DNA of 64,000 nt from an uncultured delta proteobacterium (GTDB taxonomy: Bacteria > Desulfobacterota > Desulfobacteria > Desulfobacterales > UBA2156), in the NCBI GenBank assembly GCA_963736855.1, contig CAVTQK010000009.1:512001-576000 (forward strand), given 5' to 3'. Below, piece by piece: positions 56,531-64,000 of this stretch (position 1 is the stretch's first letter; the number at the start of each line of letters is the position of its first letter). Below the pieces are notes generated by a model. That model had not been told where the DNA came from. It was given only the letters and a program-made list of their open reading frames with translations, and ran no database searches. The translations under genes were made by a program, and so were the position numbers.

Positions 56531-57415
56531 ATGGCAGAATACGTCATAACGGTAAAGCATCTCGAAAATGCGCTGGCATCGGCGAAAGACAGGCTCCCCG
56601 CCTATAGAGTCCTGCTCGATTTTTATGAAAAAATTTTTATGGCTCAGGAGGCATCCAAACAAAAAACCGCACCCGTTCCGCCTTTCATGACTCCCGATGT
56701 CGTTTCGGCAAAGCAAAAAGATGGATTTCCCCTGGTGAATCTCGCCGAGTTTCCCATCGATGTCCCTGCGGCCTCAGAACTCTTCGACAACATTTTAGAG
56801 ATCACCCGGAATACCCCCGGAAGATGGGCCGAATTTACCGAAGCTATCCTGAACCCGTCCAACCTTCACACCGTTCCCCTCAGCCCGCCCATCCTTTTTG
56901 ATAAGTTCTTATGTCGAGACGAAGATTTTTTTGTTCGTTGCGCCAAGCGGTACGGCGTCGATAGCCGGATGCTCGGTTTCGTGGTGTACAACAGCCTGCA
57001 GCCTTCCCTGAGTCTTTCCGCCCAACAGCTGGAGGTCTTCCTGAAAAACAGTCCTGCCTGGGAAAAAGGCTACTGCCCCATTTGCGGCAGTCTACCGGGA
57101 TTGGCTGTACTGGAAAACGATGGGGCGCGGGCTTTGTTCTGCGCGTTCTGTTTTCACAAGTGGCCGACCAAACGGGCGTATTGCCCCTATTGCGGGAACA
57201 CGGATAGCGGAAGCCTTCAATATTTTTATAGTGAGCAGGAAACAGGGTACCGGGTAGATGTATGCGAGGGATGCGGGAAATACATCAAGTCGGTGGACCT
57301 GCGGGAAATAGCCCATCCCATTTACCCACCGTTGGAGATCTTGACCACCCTGCACCTTGACATGAAGGCCCGGGAGGCCGGATATGAAAGCCCGGGTTCC
57401 CTCCTGATGGAATGA
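56531..57415 (+). CDS. fdhE: Formate dehydrogenase accessory protein FdhE
   Basis: CPICGSLP, CAFC..W, CPYCG, CEGCGKYIK, LHLD. Confidence 0.92.
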   Translation: MAEYVITVKHLENALASAKDRLPAYRVLLDFYEKIFMAQEASKQKTAPVPPFMTPDVVSAKQKDGFPLVNLAEFPIDVPAASELFDNILEITRNTPGRWAEFTEAILNPSNLHTVPLSPPILFDKFLCRDEDFFVRCAKRYGVDSRMLGFVVYNSLQPSLSLSAQQLEVFLKNSPAWEKGYCPICGSLPGLAVLENDGARALFCAFCFHKWPTKRAYCPYCGNTDSGSLQYFYSEQETGYRVDVCEGCGKYIKSVDLREIAHPIYPPLEILTTLHLDMKAREAGYESPGSLLME

Positions 57416-57759
57416 CGATTTTACGGAAAACAGGCCAACCTTAAATCTTACCGGAAAATGGGACGTATCCCGATAATACCGCTAATTCTCGAAAAAATGC
57501 GCTGGTTTTTCCAAAGTGTTTCCATATTTATTTTTGTTGTTTTTTTTTTATTCATATGTCATGTGCTCAAAACCGCTCGTTGCTCCTTTGAGCATTAAAC
57601 GAGCGCTGTGCTCGAATTTCCAAGCGATGCGTGTAAACGCATGGAGGAGATGAAAGAGCCGCACGCAAAACTAAAAACGAGCCGATCTCTCTTTTTCTTT
57701 TCAGCCAAAGCCTATTGATCACAACAGCAGTGGGAAGAACCTACATGAAGGAGGTGTCA

Positions 57760-58703
57760 ATGGACAAGGAACAGAGAAAATTTTACGAAAGATTGGAAGG
57801 AAAAGGTGTCTCAAGAAGGGACTTCATGCGTTATTGCACCTTTTTAACCGCTACCATGGGGCTTTCCGCCGCCTATGTACCCAAGGTGGCGGAGGTGTTT
57901 GCGGCGCCCACGCAACGCCCCCCGGTGATCTGGCTTCATTTTGCCGAGTGCACCGGGTGCTCCGAGGCGGTTCTGCGTTCCACTTACCCGTACATCGACG
58001 ATCTGGTGCTGGAGGTCCTCTCTTAGAATACCATGAAACCGTCATGGCGGCAGCGGGACAGCAGGCCGAAGACCAGCTTCATGCCTCGGTCAAGAAGTAC
58101 GAAGGAAAATACATCTGTGTGGTGGAAGGGGCCATCGCCACCAAGTTTAACGGCGGTTATGGTAAGATTTCCGGACGCACCTTTCTGGAGATCGGAAAGG
58201 ACGTCTGCAGCAAAGCTGCCGCGGTGATCTGCATCGGCGCCTGTTCTTCTTTCGGCGGGATTCAGACCGCCAAACCGAATCCGGGCGGATTTAAAGGGGT
58301 CGGAGAAGCCCTGGGCATTAAAACCCTAAACATTCCCGGATGTCCTCCCAATCCGGTCAATTTCGTCGGAACCGTGGTCAATTTCCTTCTTTTAGGGAAA
58401 CTGCCGGCTTTAGACAAGTTAGGCCGGCCACTCTTTGCCTATGGGAAAACCATCCACGATCAATGTCCGAGAAGGTCCCATTTTGAAAACGAGGAATTCG
58501 TCACCGAGTTCGGTTCGCCGGAAGCGGCTATGGGATACTGCCTGTATAAGATGGGCTGTCGGGGACCCGAGACCTTCAATAATTGTCCCATCGCCAAGTT
58601 CAACGAAGGCACCAGCTTCCCCATCGAAGCCGGGCATCCTTGCATCGGGTGCAGCGAGCCCGATTTCTGGGACAAGATGACGCCGTTCTATAAAGAAATG
58701 TAG
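57760..58703 (+). CDS. [NiFe] hydrogenase small subunit, Tat-exported (one frameshift near 58022)
   Basis: SRRDFMRYC, ECTGCSE, IPGCPPNP, IHDQCPRR, CLYKMGCRGP, HPCIGCSEPDFWD. Confidence 0.93.
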
Positions 58704-58759
58704 CATTAGCCGTATTCCGGAAGAAATCCTGATTTTCAAAATGATAAGGAGGAAACCTC

Positions 58760-60412
58760 ATGGGAAATAGAATCACCATTGATCCGATTACCAGAATAGA
58801 AGGCCACCTTCGCATTGAAGTAGAGGTGGCCGGAGGGAAAGTGGTCAACGCCTGGAGCAGCCCTCAGATGTTTCGGGGCATCGAACTGATTCTGCTGGGC
58901 CGGGATCCCCGGGATGCCCATCATTTTGTGCAGCGCTCCTGCGGGGTCTGAACGTTGACCCATGCTCTGTCCTCGGTGAGGGCAGTCGAAGACGCGGTTA
59001 AAGTCAATATTCCCGACAACGTCAGGATTATCCGAAATCTGCTTCATGGTGCCCAGTTCCAACACGACCATATTGTCCACTTTTATCATCTGCATGCCCT
59101 GGACTGGGTGGACATAGTCAGTGCCCTGAAAGCCGACCCTAAAGCCACCGCATCGCTTGCCGATACCGTCAGTAATGCCCCGGTGGGGGGTGCGGCCTAT
59201 TTCAAAACCGTTCAACAAAGATTGAAGACTTTTGTGGACAGCGGCCAGCTGGGGCCCTTCGCCAACGCCTACTGGGGGCATCCCGCATACAAGCTCCCTC
59301 CGGAGGCGAACCTCATGGCCGCAGCTCACTATGTGGAGGCCCTGCGGATCCAGGCAAGGGCTGCACGGATGCATGCCATTTTCGGCGCCAAGAATCCACA
59401 TCTTCAATCCCTGGTGGTGGGGGGTGTCACCTGTGTGGCGGACCTGACCCCGGATCGGATTGCCGAATTTCTCTACATCTGGAAGGAAACCCAAAGCTTC
59501 ATAGAAAATGTATACATCCCGGATCTCCTCGCGGTAGCATCCTTTTACAAAGACTGGGGCGCCATCGGCGGAACCCAAAACTTTATGGCTTGGGGTGATT
59601 TCCCGGAAACGGCCAAGGAGCCGGAGAGCCTGTACATGCCGCGGGGCGTCATTAAAAAGCGGGACCTGGCCGGTGTCGCCATGGCTAAACAAGAAGGGGT
59701 TACCGAGCATGTCAAGCGTTCCTGGTATACAGATGGAGATCCAAAGCATCCCTACAAAGGGGAGACCAAGCCGCTTCAGGAAAATCCGGCCTACAAACCG
59801 GATGATGGCAAATACTCCTGGATGAAGGCTCCCCGGTATGACAATGAAGCCTGCGAAGTGGGACCATTGGCCCGTGTTTTGGTAGCCTATGCCAAGGGGC
59901 ATGCCACTATTAAACCCCTGGTGGATCAGACCTGCCAGAAGCTGGGAATTCCCGTCACGGCCCTCTTCTCCACTTTAGGTCGGACCGCAGCTCGGGCGCT
60001 GGAAACCGTGGCTATCGGCAAGGCCATGGAAGGATGGATCATGAAGTTGGTGGAAAACGTGAAGGGCGGCAACACCAAGACCTACCAGGCCTGGGACTGG
60101 CCCAAGGAAGAAGCCATGGGCGTCGGGCTCAATGATGTTCCCCGGGGATCCCTCGGACACTGGGTTGTCATCGAAAAACAGAAAATTAAAAACTATCAGT
60201 ATGTGGTTCCCTCCACATGGAACTTGGGCCCACGATGCGGCAACAACAAAATGGGTCCCGTGGAAGAGGCGCTTATCGGCACACCAGTGGCCGATCCCAA
60301 GCAGCCCCTGGAGGTATTGAGAACCGTTCACTCTTTCGACCCGTGTATAGCCTGCGGCGTCCACGTTATCGACCCGGATTCCAATCAGGTATACAAAGTC
60401 AAAGCGTTATAA
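58760..60412 (+). CDS. Group-1b-like [NiFe] hydrogenase large subunit, 550 aa if the in-frame UGA at codon 64 (58949-58951) is read as Sec
   Basis: [48 protein letters not shown] plus cleavable tail; ORFs 58760 and 58955 share one frame. Confidence 0.9.
58967..58985 (+). promoter_or_regulatory. Putative SECIS element of the hydrogenase large subunit
   Basis: ctgtcctc-GGT-gagggcag, 8-bp stem with one G-U; first loop G lies 24 nt after the UGA. Confidence 0.78.
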
Positions 60413-60429
60413 AATCGTTTTTTCATCTT

Positions 60430-60468
60430 CTCCGGCCTCCCTGATTTCCAGGGGGGCCGGAGCTTTTT
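60430..60468 (+). terminator. Rho-independent terminator after the hydrogenase large subunit
   Basis: ctccggcctccctg-atttc-caggggggccggag then cttttt. Confidence 0.8.
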
Positions 60469-60493
60469 AGGCTTTTTAACGATAGGCTTTGGT

Positions 60494-60522
60494 TTGACAT
60501 CCGATCCGATGTTGGATATGAA
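60494..60522 (+). promoter_or_regulatory. Possible sigma70 promoter of the MMPL gene
   Basis: TTGACA-17 bp-TATGAA. Confidence 0.45.
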
Positions 60523-60591
60523 ATTCTGACCGAAAACGGAGCCTTTTTCACCCATCCTTTTCCCGGAGTTTCTCACAGGAGCCGTTGACTC

Positions 60592-63500
60592 ATGGCCAGT
60601 CGATATTCTCCGAGTCGGATTTACCAACACAGCGTCGAATCGATCTTGTACCACCCTAAAGCCACCTTGTTAGTGGTGGCGCTTTTCACCCTGTTTTTTG
60701 CCTGGCAAATACCCAACCTGAAAATCCGCACCTCCATTTATGATCTGGTGGTGGAAGACATCCCAGAAAGTGTGACCTACAAGGCTTTTCGAAAACTTTT
60801 CGGATCCGACGAAATCATTCGGATTGTCATCAAGGCAAAAGATATCCTGGATCCGATAACGTTTGAAAAGTTGGGCGGAATCGCTAAGGACTTTTCGAAG
60901 ATCCCCGGGGTACGGCGGATCATCAGCCTCCCGGACATCAAGGCCGCGGTGGAGGCGGGGAGTCCGTGGGATCTCAAACGCTTTGCCGCCGTCCTTTCTC
61001 CTGTCGAGCTTTTTCAGAAAAACCTCATTTCGGCCGACCGCAGCGCCACAGCGATTACCCTGGTGCTTCAAATGGATGCGGACAAAGACGCCGTGATCCG
61101 GACGGTTGAGGAGCATATCGCCGGGGCGCCTAAAGATCTAACCCTGTACCAGATCGGGATGCCAGTGGTCTCAAACGCTTTAACCCGATATACCCAGAGG
61201 GATTTCTACCTGCTTCCCCCGCTTACCCTTGCCGTCATGACCGTAATCCTGTTTTTCTTGTATCCCACCTTCCTGCTCATGCTCATTCCCATTTCTTGTG
61301 TTTTGATCGCGATGGTCCTCACGTTCGGCCTCATGGCCATGATCCAGATCCCCCTATCCATGCTTACCATGATTGTTCCGGTTTTTCTCATCGCCGTCGG
61401 AATGGCGTATTGCGTTTATATCACCTCGGAATTCACCGAGGCGTTAAACAGGCTGCCTTCGCCGGCTGCTGCGGCCCTGGCCACTTTTTCGAGCATGACG
61501 CTTCCCACGATGGTGGCGGTGCTCACCACCGTGGTGGGGATAGCTTCCCTTTTAATCAACCGGATTCAGGCCATTCGGGAGTTTGCCGTATTCGGCTCAG
61601 TCGGGATCATCATCCTCATGATTCTGGCCTTAACGTTTTTGCCCGCAGCCTTTGCCCTGGTGCCGTCCCGAAACGGGAGGCGCCTTGAGAGCACCCGGGC
61701 GGCAAGGGCGGCCCATTGGTTCACGAACAAGATCGCTCATATCAACATCCACCGACAGAGTATTTCTCTTCCTATACTCGGCGGAGTGGCGCTTTTTTGT
61801 ATCATCGGGATCTTCAGGATCCAGGTGGAGACAAACCCGGTGGAGTTTTTCAAAAAGGATGCCCCGGTAAGCCGCCACTTTCACGACATCGCCCGTCACC
61901 TGTCCGGGAGCTTTCCAGTCCATGTAGCTGTTTCTGCCAGGGAAGAAGATGCATTTGAAGACCCGAAGATGCTCAAGGAGATAGAGCGCCTTCAAAAAGA
62001 TCTGGAAAAACTTCAGGGTGTGGATAAAAGCCTCTCTCTGATCGACTACATGAAGCTGGTCAATTACGCCCTCAACCAATTCGATCCCAAATACTACACC
62101 CTTCCGGAACAGGACTTCGAAGTCAGGATGATTTTGAACAATTACAAGGTCATGCTCGGGGAGGACATGCTGTACGGATTCGTGAACAGGGGTTTTTCAA
62201 AAGTCAACCTCATGTTGTTGACGCATCTTTCCAGTTCCAAAGAGTTTCTTGAGATCAAAAAACAGATCTTAGAACACGTGGTGCAACAGTGCCCCAAAGC
62301 GATTTCCGCCGAGGTGACCGGTATCGGCGTGGTCATTTCGGCCAGCAGCGACATCCTGACTACCGGGCAGGTCAAGAGCCTTTCCCTCAGCATGGGCTTG
62401 ATCTTTTCAATGATGTTCATACTGTTTTTATCCTTCAAGGTGGGGTTGATCGCCATTGTCCCGAACCTGTTTCCCATCGTGGTCAACTTCGGGGTCATGG
62501 GATGGCTGGGGATAAAGCTCTCCGCAGCCACGAGTCTGATTGCCAGCATCGCCATCGGCCTGGCGGTGGACGATACCATTCATTACCTGGTCTGTTTCAA
62601 CCGGGAATTCAAGAAATGCCTGAACGATGAAACGGCGCTTCGGGAGACGCTAAAACGGGTGGGGCTTTCCATGGTTTTCACCTCCATCATCATCAGTTCA
62701 GGGTTCTCGGTCCTGATGGCGTCCAATTTCGGGCCGACATCCCTTTTCGGATTCCTTATGGTCGTCACCATGATTTCGGCGCTGGCAGGGGATCTCCTCA
62801 TTCTTCCTTCCCTGATGCTCCACGTGGAACTGGTGACTTTGTGGGATTTGATCCGATTGAAGCTGGGAAAAGATCCCCAGGAAGGGATTCCGTTGTTCAA
62901 GGGTCTTTCCCGATCCCGGATCCATCATATCATTATGGCCGGATCGCTGAAGGCTTTTAACCCGGGAGATGTAATCTGCCGTAAAGGGGATCAAAGCGAT
63001 TTTATGTACACCGTCATTTCGGGGGGGCTGGACGTGATCGAGCCCATGGCGGAGGATCGAAACGGAAGCTACGGCGGAGACCGGGTCATCAGCCATATCC
63101 GCGTAGGAGATGTGGTGGGGGAGATGGGACTGTTCAGAGGAATGCCGCGTTCGGCCACCGTGGTCGCCACTTCGGAAGGAGAATTGCTCCAGATCAACTG
63201 GAAGATGATTCGACGCCTTCAGTTTCTATATCCAGGGACTGCCAATAAATTTTTCCATAATCTCGTGACGATTCTTTGCGACCGGCTGGAACACATCACC
63301 CAGTGCTATGTCGCCGAATGCTTCATCGATGAAGAAAGCGGGGTATTCAATTCCAGAGGGTTTTTTGAGGCCCTTCAGAGACAGCTTCATCTGGCTTTAA
63401 GACATGGGATGTCCTTATCTCTGTGTTTCCTGAAAGTCCGCTTCGACCCGGATGGTTTCGGAAAGGATTCCCAGGTCAAAGATCGGATCCTGCAGCTTGC

Positions 63501-63792
63501 AGGCCGGATCATGTCTCAAATCATTAGAAGAAGCGATGTGGCGGGAAGGATAGATGGACAGACATTCGGCCTGATTCTCATCGGATCTTCGGCAAAGAAT
63601 TCCTTGGAAACCTGCCGGCGGATCCAGGCACGTTTTGAAACCGAAGCCCGGGAGAAAGAAGACTTTCCGGCGGGATTGATCTTCGGAATCTCCGATGGTA
63701 AATTAGACTCCAACACACAGGCTTCGAATCTGATCCAGGAGGCCAAGGAAGCATTGAAAAAGGCCGGCGCCCGGCAGGGTTTTGTGCAATAA
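60592..63792 (+). CDS. MMPL/RND-family transporter fused to cNMP-binding and degenerate GGDEF-like domains
   Basis: Two MMPL repeats (IAIGLAVDDTIH), VVGEMGLF..PRSATV, C-terminal RRSDVAGRIDGQTF. Confidence 0.85.
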   Translation: MASRYSPSRIYQHSVESILYHPKATLLVVALFTLFFAWQIPNLKIRTSIYDLVVEDIPESVTYKAFRKLFGSDEIIRIVIKAKDILDPITFEKLGGIAKDFSKIPGVRRIISLPDIKAAVEAGSPWDLKRFAAVLSPVELFQKNLISADRSATAITLVLQMDADKDAVIRTVEEHIAGAPKDLTLYQIGMPVVSNALTRYTQRDFYLLPPLTLAVMTVILFFLYPTFLLMLIPISCVLIAMVLTFGLMAMIQIPLSMLTMIVPVFLIAVGMAYCVYITSEFTEALNRLPSPAAAALATFSSMTLPTMVAVLTTVVGIASLLINRIQAIREFAVFGSVGIIILMILALTFLPAAFALVPSRNGRRLESTRAARAAHWFTNKIAHINIHRQSISLPILGGVALFCIIGIFRIQVETNPVEFFKKDAPVSRHFHDIARHLSGSFPVHVAVSAREEDAFEDPKMLKEIERLQKDLEKLQGVDKSLSLIDYMKLVNYALNQFDPKYYTLPEQDFEVRMILNNYKVMLGEDMLYGFVNRGFSKVNLMLLTHLSSSKEFLEIKKQILEHVVQQCPKAISAEVTGIGVVISASSDILTTGQVKSLSLSMGLIFSMMFILFLSFKVGLIAIVPNLFPIVVNFGVMGWLGIKLSAATSLIASIAIGLAVDDTIHYLVCFNREFKKCLNDETALRETLKRVGLSMVFTSIIISSGFSVLMASNFGPTSLFGFLMVVTMISALAGDLLILPSLMLHVELVTLWDLIRLKLGKDPQEGIPLFKGLSRSRIHHIIMAGSLKAFNPGDVICRKGDQSDFMYTVISGGLDVIEPMAEDRNGSYGGDRVISHIRVGDVVGEMGLFRGMPRSATVVATSEGELLQINWKMIRRLQFLYPGTANKFFHNLVTILCDRLEHITQCYVAECFIDEESGVFNSRGFFEALQRQLHLALRHGMSLSLCFLKVRFDPDGFGKDSQVKDRILQLAGRIMSQIIRRSDVAGRIDGQTFGLILIGSSAKNSLETCRRIQARFETEAREKEDFPAGLIFGISDGKLDSNTQASNLIQEAKEALKKAGARQGFVQ

Positions 63793-63903
63793 TATGGAAA
63801 AACCGGAGGCGCAGTTAAAGGGGCCTTGCCGGAGGATGAAGCCTATGGTAACGTTCACAACCCGACAGGAAAAACTTTTGAACGTTAAAGAGAGTAGCCA
63901 GTA

Positions 63904-64000
63904 ATGACGAAGCCCCGCATCATGATCCTCGGGATCGGAAACCTTCTCTTTTCAGATGAAGGGTTCGGTGTCCGCGTCCTTCAACGTCTGATGGAAGGTT
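63904..64000 (+). CDS. Hydrogenase maturation protease (HyaD/HybD family), 5' end only
   Basis: MTKPRIMILGIGNLLFSDEGFGVRVL. Confidence 0.9.
   Translation, partial: MTKPRIMILGIGNLLFSDEGFGVRVLQRLMEG

Noticed and set aside
58736..59902. Long antisense or alternate-frame ORFs (also 11946-13118, 14206-14943, 44306-45022)
   Set aside because: Typical shadows of GC-rich coding strands, with no recognisable motifs

Overview
Origin-proximal chromosomal segment of an anaerobic Desulfobacterota-like bacterium (inferred from Tat-exported FdhAB, a group-1b-like [NiFe] hydrogenase and deltaproteobacterial-type repeats). The assembly has many single-base indels, so several genes appear split. 1-21 kb: an organophosphate/phosphonate-type island with four HAD hydrolases, two Fe3+/2-AEP-family ABC importers, a dimethylglycine/sarcosine dehydrogenase-like GcvT-family enzyme, a GlpA-like oxidoreductase trio, PiT+DUF47 and a RecA-like-XRE-cupin regulator. 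21-48 kb: housekeeping genes (ilvE, UGPase, cutA, EndoQ-UvrD fusion, dnaN-gyrB-thyA, rng, rpmH-rnpA-yidD-yidC-jag-mnmE), a candidate oriC without dnaA and a perfect parS. Four MITE-like elements have 6-bp target duplications; two sit in tandem inside an MshEN-domain ORF. 50-64 kb: two tRNA-Ser, moaA, Sec-containing fdhA-fdhB-fdhE, hydrogenase small and large subunits, an MMPL-cNMP-degenerate-GGDEF fusion and the start of a hydrogenase maturation protease. Main result: the hydrogenase large subunit has an in-frame UGA at the second Cys of the N-terminal RxCGxC motif (a Ni-Fe bridging ligand). A SECIS-like hairpin follows it in exactly the same register as the fdhA SECIS, and the C-terminal DPCxxC motif is all Cys. 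This suggests a non-canonical [NiFeSe] hydrogenase.
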